Under the pieces are notes generated by a model. It was given only the letters and a program-made list of their open reading frames with translations, had not been told where the DNA came from and made no database searches. A stretch of DNA of 63,813 nt, filler included, from Chrysochromulina tobinii (Eukaryota): assembly GCA_001275005.1 (NCBI GenBank). It is 8 parts of 8 records of this genome, joined end to end, with 100 filler letters (N's around TTAATTAATTAA, not from the genome) between each part and the next. Parts side by side here need not be neighbours in the genome. Positions count along the whole stretch, not along the records: positions 1 to 7,397 come from JWZX01001080.1; positions 7,498 to 13,255 come from JWZX01001081.1; 6 more parts are not named here. One strand, given 5' to 3'. The position numbers and the translations under genes are program-made. Positions 1 through 10,263 of this stretch are shown piece after piece; position 1 is the first letter of the stretch; every line of letters begins with the position of its first letter.

Positions 1-28
1 GCCGCGATCGCCTTCGCGCCTGGCGGCG

Positions 29-565
29 ATGCTGGCGCGCCACCTCGCCACCGACGAGCCCGCCGCCCCAGCCGGTAGCGCGAGTGCGCAGTCGAGTGGA
101 GAGGGCGGCGGCGCGCCCACGACGGCGCCGGTGGTCGGCGGCGTGGCAAGCTCTGAAGGGTCGGTGAGTCGCGGTGGACGTGTGGCCGCCTCGGGCCTCG
201 ACGACCACGCAGGCCGTGCGCTGGATAGCGACGAGGACGACGACGAGGACGACGAGGACGACGAGGACGACGAGGACGGGGATGGTGCCCATGGCCACGA
301 ACACGACAGCGCGCCCGAGCACGGCGCTCGCGACGGCGCGACCAGCGCGCGTGAGGCCGAGGGAGGTGGGGGGCGTACCGGAGGCGGTGGGGATTCCGAG
401 GGCGGGGGTGTCGAGGCATGGGATGCCTTTCTTGAGGAGCTGCCACACGTGACGGTAGTGACTCTCGCGGCGACATCCTCGGCGGCAGACTCGACGGCGG
501 ACGTGGCCAAGGACCGCGCGGCTACGGGCGCTGGTGAGACCGCAGCCGCAGCTGTCGTCGTCGGC

Positions 566-660
<95 letters not shown>

Positions 661-1151
661 CAACAGCAGCAGCAGCAGGAGCAGCAGCAGCAGCAGGTGC
701 AGCAGATGCAGCAGATTCGGCTGCTCGAGCAGCGGGTAGAGGAGCAGCGGTTGCAGCTGGAGGCAAGCGAAGCGGCAAGGCAGCGCGAGACTGCGCACGT
801 AGCCGAGCTTGAGCATCGGCTCGAGGCTGACAGGCGGCGCGCGTCCGACGCACTCAAGGCAAGCGAGGCGCGCACTCGCGACGCCGAGTCGGTGGCCCTC
901 AAGGCGACGGAGGCGCTCAAGGCCACGGTCGCGCGCGCGAGCGATGCCGAGGCGGTGGCACGCGCCGTCGTGGCAGCACCGCAGCAGGCGGCGGCTCGCG
1001 CTGCGGAGATGGAGATCGCAATCGAGAGGGAGCAGCAGCGAACGGCCGCGGCGAATGCGCAGGCCGAGAGGGAGCAGCGCCGGGCGGCGGCAGCGCTTGA
1101 GGAGGTTTCCAAGCTGCGGGCGACGCTCGAGCAACAGCAGCAACAGCAGCA

Positions 1152-1187
<36 letters not shown>

Positions 1188-1992
1188 CGCGGAGGGATCG
1201 TCACGGCTCAGCCGTCCGTCGCTGCCCGGACGCTCAGTACCGGCCGGGTCGCCGGGCGCTCAGCGTCTTCACAACTCCGGTAGCGGCGGCTTTGAAGGGC
1301 GCTCAGGACCGGCCGAGTCGCCAGGCACACAGCGTGCCTCTCCAGAGCGCTGGCGAGATCCTGGTTCGGCGGACCGCTTGCAGCGCTCTGCGGCGAAGCT
1401 CGAGGAGGAGCTGCAGGGGCTCACGGGGCTCTTGGGCGACGGGCTAGCTGCCGAGGGGGACGGGCTAGCTGCCGAGGGCGACGGGCTAGCTGCCGAGGGC
1501 GACGGGCTAGCTGCCGAGGGCGAGGGGCTGCGCCACGCGAAGCCCAGGGCTGCCAAGCGCCTGGACCTTGTGGTCGACGACCTCGATGCCGTCCTGGAGG
1601 CCACAGCACGTCCGTGGAATGCCGATGGGCATTACGAGCACCTGAAGCTCTCGGCGGTGCTGCACGTGAAGCAGTACCGTGCTCTCAAAGCGATCGCGAC
1701 CAACCTGCTTCCGCACGTGCGGGACTCGAGCGCCGTGACGAGCGCGGACGGCCCAGGTTCACAGCCAGAGCTCAACGAGGAGGCGGCACGGGCTGTAAGG
1801 TTGCGGCTGGACACCCTTGCACACTCGATGCGGCTCCTGCTCATAGAGAGTGCCGATGCCACCTCCCTGGGCCCCGTCGAGGGCCCCGCGCTTGAGCCCA
1901 GGCTACCGCCCCCTCCGCCCCCGCCCGTGCTCGGTGGCTTTGGTGGCGCGGCGCGGCGAAGTGTGAGTAGTGCGAAGTCCATTCTCGGATGA
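29..1992 (+). CDS. Low-complexity acidic/polyQ/coiled-coil protein of unknown function (5' partial; frame break near the CAG tract)
   Basis: ORF 29..739 (acidic tract) and ORF 697..1992 (polyQ, coiled coil, GDGLAAE repeats, poly-Pro) are in different frames around the (CAG)n tract. The Q frame has a TGA at 535, so an intron or an indel is needed to join them. Confidence 0.5.
568..696 (+). repeat. (CAG)n trinucleotide tract, ~40 units with CAA/GAG interruptions; a second tract lies at ~1132-1185
   Basis: Directly visible in the sequence. Confidence 0.95.
1435..1527 (+). repeat. 21-bp coding tandem repeat x~4 (GDGLAAE)
   Basis: The unit ggcgacgggctagctgccgag is repeated. Confidence 0.9.
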
Positions 1993-2334
1993 GTCGCGTG
2001 CTTGCCTTCTTGGTGCCCAGTTGGCGACGTTCACGCCCGACTCAGGTGCCATGATCTTTGGTTCTCGGTGATTCCCTATCTCGTATCTGCGCCCTCACTC
2101 AGCCCTCACTCAGTTTCTAGTCAGTCAAAGTGTTACCCCGGTCCGATCAGCTACTGAACAACAGTGAAGACTCACGAGAAGGCCGTCTCCGATCCGCTTG
2201 GCGTCGTTCTGAGCTCACCGGTAAGAGGACTGTTACTTTGGCGAACTTCCCGTCCCTGTTTTTCCTCGACACCGCCGACAACATCGGTGTGCTTGGGCCT
2301 CAGTCAGGAGCCCGACGAACACATCGCTGCACCG

Positions 2335-2740
2335 ATGAGCTACTACAACAACGGTCCGCGCATCTTCACACCGAGCACCCTGCGCACGACCAAGACATCC
2401 TCGGCGCTCGAGTCTTTCGGCGTCTCGTCCTCGGCGGGCATTCCCCTTCCGCTCGTGCTCAACCCACTCCATGCGAGGCGTGGCAGCAACCTGCAGACCA
2501 ATTACCCAAGTGCGATCGCACCCTCCACTTGCCCATGTAAACTCGCCGCGCCAGCGCCTCACCACTCGTTCGCGTTCGCGTGCCGCAGGGACCTACGGGT
2601 TGCTGCGCCAGGTCGAGAAGGAGAGTGTCGAGGCAAACTTTTTTCAAACGGCGGCTGCGCAGGCGGCTGCGAAGGCAGCCCCCTACCCTTCGACGATGAG
2701 GACAATGCCCGACGGCTCCATCTTCGTGGCGCGGCGATAG
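2335..2740 (+). CDS. Small two-exon protein of unknown function (~108 aa)
   Basis: ATG at 2335. A GT..CAG intron at 2510-2588 joins MSYYNNGPRIF...NYP in frame to RTYGLLRQVEKES...VARR, ending at TAG. Confidence 0.55.
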
Positions 2741-3299
2741 GCAGCGGCGCAGACCGTACAGAGCTATGAGAGATGAGAGTCTTGCATGTGGAGTCATGTC
2801 GATGTCCCCGATGCCGCAGTCGCCGCCGATATGATGGTGCCGGTAGTCGAGTGGGGGGATCACGTCAAACATTGATCCCGAGAGTCGGATTGTACATTCA
2901 AGAGTGTGCATGGAGCCAATGCATGGAGCATTGAATTTTGTCGCGAACGCCCGAGTTATACTTATAGGTAATATAATAGGAGTTGTAACGAAATTGAATT
3001 TGCAAATTGGGGAAATAAGAGTTAAGACACACCTGACGAATACCGCACCCCGCGGCCCGCGTACGCCGTACCGCCGCCCCCGACCGGCGGGGACGACAGT
3101 CGACAGAGCGACATGCGCAGTCGATCTCGGATAAATGACGCCCGGGCGAGCCGGGTCGTGTCCCGTGCGCCGCGCGCGTCGCTTCGACTGTAACGCAAGA
3201 AACGGCTACAGCGGTATGCGGCTTCATCGTCCCAGGTGTCAGGACGATGACGACCAATCGACCATCACGACATTGTTTGACGTGCCTCACCAGGACCTT

Positions 3300-4661
3300 T
3301 CACGCGCCTGGCCCTTCGAATGGACCAAAGTGAGATGCTCTGCTTGGGTGAACACCGCGTGGCGACTTGCATCGAAGCCATCGTACCTGTAAGGATACAA
3401 GACAAGGAAAGGACGCCGTGGTGAGCACTAGTATGCAGAGCTGCGCCACCCACGCAACCATCGCGTACCTGCCAGGATACAAAGCCTGAGCGGCCCCATC
3501 TCCCCGACGCTGCTGCGCTGCACCGAGGCGAGATCTTAAGCGAGATCTGGCTCCCAACGTTGGCTGCTGCACGGGCATCTGCGCGAGCACGGATGGAGGC
3601 AGGATCTGCGGCTCCTCCGAGAGTGTCTCTTTCTGCAGAGTCAGAGTCGCCACCTCCGAATTGGCATGCATGGTCCGATGCACTGGCGGACGGAGCATAT
3701 GCATGCACGCCTCGGTGCATTCGTGCCTGGCGAACCAGGAGAGGATTCCATCAAGGCCGAGGTCGGTGGGCCCAAAGCTCCGCCCACGGGAATGGATGGT
3801 CGGATCACCAATTATTGCCTCCCGCGCAACTCCATCTTCCCACAAGCTGACCTCGCATCCCGCAATGTCGCACAGAAGGCACTCGCCACCGCTGCTGTGG
3901 AACGAGTGGTGGGTGAGCTCGGCGACCCAAGACGGCGCATCGTCGGAAGCCCATCCCGTGTTCGAGCTCCACTTTTGCCAAGAGGCCAGCCGCACCTCCA
4001 CGTGGGTCTCCTCACCGGGGCGTAAGGCAGCCTCATGGCTCTGGCCTACCGGCGCATCCGTTTGCCAGCCGAAAAATGCCTCGAGCCCGCCATCGCCTCG
4101 CGCTCGCATTGTGCTCGGCAAGTTGACGCGCACAGTGGTGCGCGAGCTGCGCGATGCGTTAAACGCCGCCACGAGCTTCACTGCTCGGTGAAGCACACGA
4201 TTCTTCATGTCCATCCGGCTTTGCTCGTAGCGTGCGTTCATGAGGCCTTCACTTTCATGAGCAGCAGGCCTGTACCATTTGGCGATACATGGTATGAGAT
4301 CCGAGCCGCTCAAGGCAGCGGACGTTGCCAAATACTGGTCGCCGTGGCGCGAGGGTTCACGCATGTCTGCGGCCACCGCCCTTGTGGTCCCGAGCCGCAT
4401 TGTGGCAGGCGGCTGGTCTGCGGGCTCTGGCACTCCGAGAACGCACCTGCGGCACTTGCTGAGCTTGCCCTCGGCCCACTGAAAGTCACTATATGCATCC
4501 CGGGTCTTCATCCGCGTGCAGGAGAGGCAGACACGGTCCATTGGCGTTAACAAGACGGCCATTTTACCCCGGTGCCGAGAAGCGACGATGGGACTGTGAA
4601 GCATGCTGTGAAGTCGCTCAGGAGACCGAGCAAAAAAACGTCTTCGCGTTTCCTCCTCCAT
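3300..4661 (-). CDS. Alpha-kinase (MHCK/eEF2K family) with an N-terminal Cys4 zinc-finger-like motif
   Basis: Kinase motifs: CIAKW, KWSSNTGW, THHSFHSSGGECLLCDIAG, DPTIHS, FGPTDLGLDGI and the terminal Zn site HECTEAC. The N-terminus has CLSC...YSDFQW...KCRRC. Confidence 0.85.
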   Translation of the reverse strand: MEEETRRRFFARSPERLHSMLHSPIVASRHRGKMAVLLTPMDRVCLSCTRMKTRDAYSDFQWAEGKLSKCRRCVLGVPEPADQPPATMRLGTTRAVAADMREPSRHGDQYLATSAALSGSDLIPCIAKWYRPAAHESEGLMNARYEQSRMDMKNRVLHRAVKLVAAFNASRSSRTTVRVNLPSTMRARGDGGLEAFFGWQTDAPVGQSHEAALRPGEETHVEVRLASWQKWSSNTGWASDDAPSWVAELTHHSFHSSGGECLLCDIAGCEVSLWEDGVAREAIIGDPTIHSRGRSFGPTDLGLDGILSWFARHECTEACMHMLRPPVHRTMHANSEVATLTLQKETLSEEPQILPPSVLAQMPVQQPTLGARSRLRSRLGAAQQRRGDGAAQALYPGRYAMVAWVAQLCILVLTTASFPCLVSLQVRWLRCKSPRGVHPSRASHFGPFEGPGA

Positions 4662-4678
4662 TCATTTCAAGATCCAGC

Positions 4679-5803
4679 TCAGCTCACAATCCCAGCAAGC
4701 AGCGTCACACCGCGCATGCTCAGGAGCAGGTCGTGCCTGCTGGCATGCAAGGGAGCAGTCACTGCGCTGCATCCCGAGTGCGTGGACGTGGCCCCGTGGC
4801 CGCCGTCGAGGAGGGCTTGGAATCGTAGATGCGCTCCCTCGGCCTCGGGCTCGCTCATCGCGCAGCCGTGCGTCGTGTTGAGCGATGGGAATCGCAGCCG
4901 CAGTCGAAACGATGGGAGGAGAGCGAGCCCTGCCGCGCCGAGATTAACGCCGAGATTAACGCCGAGGTTGCCCTCCGAGTTCGGGAATTCGAAGCAGCCT
5001 TCGTAGAACTTGCGCGGAAGGCGGCTCCAGACGACGGTGAGCCGATGGCGCAGTGCGCTTAGCAGCGCGCTCACTTCAGGTAGGCAGCTGGGCGGCGAGA
5101 TGAACGCCGTGCCTGCGGCCTCGCCGCTCGCCTCGGGTCGCTCGCGCTTGCGTCCGCATTCGAGCCACTGGAAGGCGCTCAGACTGTCGAGGAGCAGCAG
5201 GCGTGGCGCGCTAACGATCGCGTCCCATGAGCCCGCGGCACCGCCGTCTGCCGCCGCTGCCGCGGTGGCGGCAGACGTTGTTGTCGGAAGCGCCTCGAGC
5301 CGCCGGCGCAGCGCGCCGAGCGCAAGCACGAGTTCGCGTGGCGTGAGGCACTGCACGACGTGGAGCCGGTCGAGGCATAGAACCACCTCACGCTCGAGCT
5401 CCGCGGCCGTAAGCTCAGGGCGCGCCTCGTGCAGCCGCAGCTCGAGCGCCGCGCTCAGCCGCAGCGCGTCGAAGCCGCCATCAATGTCGAAGAGGACGGC
5501 GGACGCGCCGTGCCCGCCACCCCCATAAGGCGCCCTGGGCAGAATGCAGTTGAGGGCGCACTCCATCAGCAGGGCGGTCTTTCCAGTGCCCCGCTCGCCG
5601 AACACCTCGAGCGCGTGCCCGGCAGAGAGGCCCTCGGCCGGCAGGCACGGAAGCAGCGCGATTGGCAGGACACACGCACGGGCGAAGAAGTCGTCGGCGG
5701 TCTGTGCGCGCGGTGAAATGGAGGAGGGCAGAGCGTTGGGATGGGGGCAGTAAATATGAGGCACTCGTCCATGGGCGCGCACCTCGTCGGCCCACGCCAC
5801 CAT
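4679..5803 (-). CDS. XRCC2: RAD51 paralog, XRCC2-like DNA repair protein
   Basis: Walker A GERGTGKT, CILP..GGHG..AVLFDIDGGFD and Walker B LLLLDSLSAFQW. The likely start is MVAWADE at 5803, with an in-frame 81-nt GT-AG intron at 5702-5782. Confidence 0.8.
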   Translation of the reverse strand: MVAWADEVRAHGRVPHIYCPHPNALPSSISPRAQTADDFFARACVLPIALLPCLPAEGLSAGHALEVFGERGTGKTALLMECALNCILPRAPYGGGGHGASAVLFDIDGGFDALRLSAALELRLHEARPELTAAELEREVVLCLDRLHVVQCLTPRELVLALGALRRRLEALPTTTSAATAAAAADGGAAGSWDAIVSAPRLLLLDSLSAFQWLECGRKRERPEASGEAAGTAFISPPSCLPEVSALLSALRHRLTVVWSRLPRKFYEGCFEFPNSEGNLGVNLGVNLGAAGLALLPSFRLRLRFPSLNTTHGCAMSEPEAEGAHLRFQALLDGGHGATSTHSGCSAVTAPLHASRHDLLLSMRGVTLLAGIVS

Positions 5804-6116
5804 GGGTGGCGCGCCGCCGCACGAGCGCGAAGTGGCGCTCGTGAAGAGACAAAGTGTGACAGTGAAGTCAAGGCAAGTCAACTTCAAGTTCAAGTTCCAC
5901 CCACACACTGCCATTGTTCTCGGGCGCGCGGCGCCGCCCGCAGCCCACCGACCCCGCGGACCACCGGCGGCGAGGACGCCCGCCCCGCCCCAATGCCAGT
6001 TAAACGCCCGCACATATCGCAAGCAAGCACCGAAGCAAGCCCTTGAAGCCTCAAAAATTGAAGCAAGCAAGAAATTAAAGTCGAAACACACGCACATGTG
6101 AGCGCCGGTACAATGT

Positions 6117-6144
6117 ACAGTTCAGTTCAGTTCAGTTCAGTTCA
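6117..6144 (+). repeat. (TTCAG)n pentanucleotide microsatellite in the divergent intergenic region
   Basis: Visible ttcagttcagttcagttcagttca, flanked on both sides by tacaatgtac. Confidence 0.85.
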
Positions 6145-6207
6145 CTGAACTACAATGTACTGTGCAGGTCCTGTTTTAAATTCACACACACACACATAGT
6201 GTGAATA

Positions 6208-7397
6208 ATGATGCGAGAGACGACGTCGGCGGCGCTCGCGCGCCCCGACACGATAGCCCTTTCCGAACCCTTGCCGCCGGTGCTCGCACCGCCTGGCCCT
6301 CTCATCGCGGACTCCGGCCTCGCGCCCACCGAAGCGCGCGCTTCCGCCGCGCCGGGGGACTCCCCAATGCCTGATGTTCCTCCTTCTACGATCTCGGAGT
6401 GTTACCAGACATCGGCGGCAACGCGCCCGCCCTGTGGATTGCCGGTCGCCCCGGCTCTCGACGCGAGACTCCACCGCACCCGCGGCGCAACCTCCGGCTC
6501 CGCCGCCTCCGTGTCACACCGCGACAGCCGCAACCGCCCGTCGACCGGCGACCGGCCGCCGCCGATCACGCCTGCCAAGGGACCCGCCGCGGCGCCCGTG
6601 CTCCCGCCCCGCAAGCTCTTCGAGCCACCTTCCGAGATGGATGGCTTCTCCGCCCTCGACGCACAGGCCGACTGCCTGCAGTGCGTCGGCGCCACGGTGC
6701 ACCAGCACAGGCTGGACCGTGCCACTGGCACTGCCACGCTCCCCGCGCACATCAAGGTCGCGGGCAAGCGGTCAGCAACCGGTCGCCAGCACGGCGCTGC
6801 GCTCGCTGCATCGTGCAACCCTGGCGATCACCCCGCCGCGGCCGTCAACACCGGCGCCGCGCTCGAGGACCTTGAGGGCGCGACGACTTCGATCGACGAC
6901 CGCTCTGGCGAGATGCGCCTCGACAGCAACGGCAAGCCGTACACATTCGACGCCTTCGTCGAATACTATGGGGAACGTGCCGTCGAGAAATGGGACGCGT
7001 CGATTCCGGCCGCCGCCATCGCCACGAGCCCACCGCGCCCCTCGTCGCCACCGCGCCAGCCCCGGGAGGAGCCGCCACCCCCCGGGAGCCCGAACAAGCG
7101 TTCCGCTCGCCCCGCACACGCCCCGACGCCGTCTTCACTGCCCAAGGCCGCCGCGCCCCCTGCCACGGTGGCCGAGGTGTTGAGGATGACTGAGGCCGAG
7201 GTGTTGGCCATGGAGGTCGCGCCGCCCCTCCCCTCCAGCTGGGAGGACGACGAGCTGTCCGCCGACGAGGATCTTGACACTGGTTGCCCGCGCGTTCTCG
7301 CCACTCGCCACCGCCGCGACGCCTCCGCTGACCGCCGCGACGCCTTCGCTGACGCGTCACCGCCGCGCTCGCCATCCCGCAAAGAGGGCACGCCTGA
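6208..7397 (+). CDS. Pro-rich protein of unknown function (3' partial)
   Basis: A ~400-codon ORF running to the contig end. It has one compact globular-looking motif, EMRLDSNGKPYTFDAFVEYYGERAVEKWDAS. Confidence 0.45.
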
Positions 7398-7497
7398 NNN
7401 NNNNNNNNNNNNNNNNNNNNNNNNNNNNNNNNNNNNNNNNNTTAATTAATTAANNNNNNNNNNNNNNNNNNNNNNNNNNNNNNNNNNNNNNNNNNNN
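7398..7497. other. Artificial contig linker (N-TTAATTAATTAA-N)
   Basis: 100-nt N run with a cassette giving stops in all six frames. Identical linkers occur six more times. Confidence 0.97.
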
Positions 7498-7935
7498 TCG
7501 TGGAGCTGGTGTGCGTCTACCGCCCTGCAACTCCGCTTGCCCTGGAAGACAACTAATCTAGCGCTTACGCGCTAGAAACCACCGGAGCCTTTATCCATAG
7601 GGCTGTGAACCGCGTGCGCACAGAAGAATTTTTCGCTTTTTGGCTAACCTGTCGTGGGCCGTGCCTCACACCGCACGGAATTTCAGAGACAGAGTGTCTC
7701 CGATACAAGTACTCGTCCTTAACTCGTCCTAAGTATATACACCGGTCGACGACAGGACGTACATCGTCAGCATGCAGTGCTCGGACACTCCCACATGGAC
7801 ACGACTCCCAACGTACGTGGCTCAGAACGAGATTTAGAGCGAGCGAGGCAAGCATCAGATGAGAGATGTGCACATGTACAGTACGGTGTGGGGATCAAGG
7901 GCACGACGCATGCGGTCGAGCCGCCACGCGGGCGC

Positions 7936-10011
7936 TCACAAACCATGCGACCGCCTGTCATCGTCGTCGTCGTCGTCGACCGCCGACGCGAGGCGCGGCG
8001 CGCTCGCTCCCAGGTCGTCTAAGCCCAAGCCGTCGTCCTCTTCTGCTTGGCCGTACGGCGTGTACTTCTTCCCGCTCGCGATCTGCATCTGACGGCGCTG
8101 GCGCCGCAGGTAGCAGCAGCAGACCATGGCGGCCACGGCACCGACGAGCCCGACGAGCATCCCGAGCATGAGGGCGCGCTGCACGAAGCCTCCCTGATCC
8201 GCAATGAGCTCTGCGAGCTTCATCGACTTCACGGCGTCCGCCGTGCCCGCTACGCCGTCGAGGCCGATCTCGAGCATATGCTGCAGCAGGTCGCCGCAAT
8301 CGCCCTCGTCCCACAGGCACGTGGCCGAGTTGCACCCTAGCTCGTCGTCGCACCTGCCGTTGTGCCCGAGGCCGGTGCACACGTGTGGGCAAGGGGCGGG
8401 AGGTGGGTGCTCCGGCGAGGGCGAGGGCGGCGGGGGCGGCGGGGGCGGCGGCCCGTGCGGCACTGGCGGCGAGGGCGACGGCGGCGGCGGCGCGTAGCAC
8501 GAGCGCTCGCTCGGCTCGCCAACTTCACAAGCTTCTCTGCGCACGTTGTCGTCCGTCGTATAGCACCAGGCGCCCTCTTGCCCGTCAGGATTGCGGCAGT
8601 AGTTGTGGCCGCCCAGGCCGGCGCGCGGATAGCGCGCATGCGTCTCCGTGTGCTGGTGCGGCACCTGGTCGCTCCAGTGTTGACAGGTGCGCCCGCTGCG
8701 CGTGCGCTGGACCATGCCGCGGTAGTCGGCCGCATCCGACCGCTGGAAGCACTCGGTGTGCCCACGGAAGCAATCGGCGCCGTCGAAGCCGCAGCTCTCT
8801 GTGTTGCATGCCTCGTCGCACTCGCCGTCGTCGATGAGCGAGGGCATGCAGTAGTCGGCGCACGCCGTCTGCCCCCTGTCGAGGCAGTCGCGCTTATCCC
8901 AGTGGCATTTGGCGTTGAAGCAATCGCTATCGCAGTAGCCGTCGCCGATCCAGGATGGCTTGCAGTCGGCCCGGCAGCCAGTCGCGTCATGGGCACAGTC
9001 GTCGCGGTCGTCGTAGCACGTGGCGGTGCGGCACTGCGGGTTGCACACGCCGTCGCCGATGCTCTGCCACTCGCACCCGAGCGCACATAGCAGCGACGCG
9101 TTGCGCGTACCCGATCGGAAAGTGGACTCAGTGGCCGTGAGCACGCCGATCTCGAAATCGCTCGTCTCTTCAGCGAGCACACCAAAGTGGACGGTGCAGC
9201 TCGCGTGCGTGCCGGCCGCGCCGCAGAAGAAGTCGGAGTAGCGCCCGATCTCGAAGACGTGCACTCCCACCTCGTCGAGCGCAAACGTGTAGTTGGCGCC
9301 ACTAGGCAGGCGCACGTCGAAGGAGACGAAGAGGTCTGGATCGCCCGTGAGCGGTACCACCACTGCTTTGAGGAAGTACACGTCTGCCGGCACCGGCGCC
9401 TCGAAAAAGGCCATCCGCGACTCTTGCACAAAGGAGCGAACGAATGTGTTGAGCGGCAGCGCCGTCACGTTCGGATGCATCGGCTGGGGCGGCGTGCTGT
9501 TACACGGGCGCGTCGAGGGCGGCGGCACATCGCAGTACTCCCAGATCGGATCATCGGCCATCGTGTAGCACCACGGGCCCACGTCGCCGTCGGGGTTGCG
9601 GCACGACTTGTGGCCGCCGAGGCCCGCCGACGGGTAATAGTTGTGCGTCTTCGAGTGCTGATGCGGGAACTGGTGAGACCAGAGCTGGCACGGCAGGCCA
9701 CTGCGCGTGGTCTGCACCGTGCCGCGATAGTCGCGGCCCGTAGTGTCCACGTAGCACTCGCCGAAGTCGGCAAAGCAGTCGCCGTCGTCAAAGTTGCACT
9801 CGCGCACGTTGCAAGTTTCATCGCACTCGCCATCGCCACGCCACGGCGTGTCACACCCAGGACTGCAGCCTTCGAGCGCAAACTTGCCAAACGTGTCCTC
9901 GTAGCTGTAGCCCTTTGACGTGTTGGTTGCGCTCAAGGAATCTCGCATCGAAGTCTCGCCCGATTGTGCCCGCGCCAACTTCAAGCAGGCGATCATGGCG
10001 AGGCGCCGCAT
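7936..10011 (-). CDS. Type I membrane protein with kringle domains and LNR (Notch) repeats
   Basis: Signal peptide. LNR repeats (C...W.GDG.CD..CN...C.FD.GDC) x~5. Two kringles (DYRGTV..TRSG..CQ.WS.Q.PHQH...CRNPDG..PWCY). A PPC-like GDPDLFVS segment, a Pro stalk, TM ALMLGMLVGLVGAVAAMVCCCYL and a short tail. Confidence 0.9.
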   Translation of the reverse strand: MRRLAMIACLKLARAQSGETSMRDSLSATNTSKGYSYEDTFGKFALEGCSPGCDTPWRGDGECDETCNVRECNFDDGDCFADFGECYVDTTGRDYRGTVQTTRSGLPCQLWSHQFPHQHSKTHNYYPSAGLGGHKSCRNPDGDVGPWCYTMADDPIWEYCDVPPPSTRPCNSTPPQPMHPNVTALPLNTFVRSFVQESRMAFFEAPVPADVYFLKAVVVPLTGDPDLFVSFDVRLPSGANYTFALDEVGVHVFEIGRYSDFFCGAAGTHASCTVHFGVLAEETSDFEIGVLTATESTFRSGTRNASLLCALGCEWQSIGDGVCNPQCRTATCYDDRDDCAHDATGCRADCKPSWIGDGYCDSDCFNAKCHWDKRDCLDRGQTACADYCMPSLIDDGECDEACNTESCGFDGADCFRGHTECFQRSDAADYRGMVQRTRSGRTCQHWSDQVPHQHTETHARYPRAGLGGHNYCRNPDGQEGAWCYTTDDNVRREACEVGEPSERSCYAPPPPSPSPPVPHGPPPPPPPPPSPSPEHPPPAPCPHVCTGLGHNGRCDDELGCNSATCLWDEGDCGDLLQHMLEIGLDGVAGTADAVKSMKLAELIADQGGFVQRALMLGMLVGLVGAVAAMVCCCYLRRQRRQMQIASGKKYTPYGQAEEDDGLGLDDLGASAPRLASAVDDDDDDDRRSHGL

Positions 10012-10120
10012 GAGAGAGGGTCGATTGCGAGCGCCATCAAGCGAAAAAGGGCGACAATCGTAAGGGGTTAAGGAGGCCCTCCAGCAGTATACTAATCTCG
10101 TTATTCTCTAAACTACATGT

Positions 10121-10190
10121 ATCGTCTCACACATGAAAGCATGAGTTCGATCGTCTCACAGATGAAAGGAGCAGTTCAAATCGTCTCACA
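10121..10190 (+). repeat. Three ~29-30-bp tandem units (atcgtctcaca...) in intergenic DNA
   Basis: atcgtctcaca occurs at 10121, 10150 and 10180. Confidence 0.75.
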
Positions 10191-10263
10191 CCCGAAGTTC
10201 TCTCTTTGGAGAAAACATGTGGTGCGTTGCAAATGAATTCGAACACACCTCCTCTCTCAGCTG

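Noticed and set aside
522..1112. Poly-Cys/poly-Ala/poly-Ser ORFs and many other long overlapping antisense ORFs
   Set aside because: They are alternative readings of CAG tracts and shadow ORFs caused by high GC3, and they carry no independent motifs.
7398..7497. Recurrent palindromic TTAATTAATTAA within N runs (7 copies) as a biological motif
   Set aside because: These are identical 100-nt synthetic spacers with stops in all six frames, i.e. a contig-concatenation artefact.
7565..7873. Short ORF with VDRCIYLG, faintly like a copia integrase C-terminus
   Set aside because: It is too short and has no other integrase or RT motifs.
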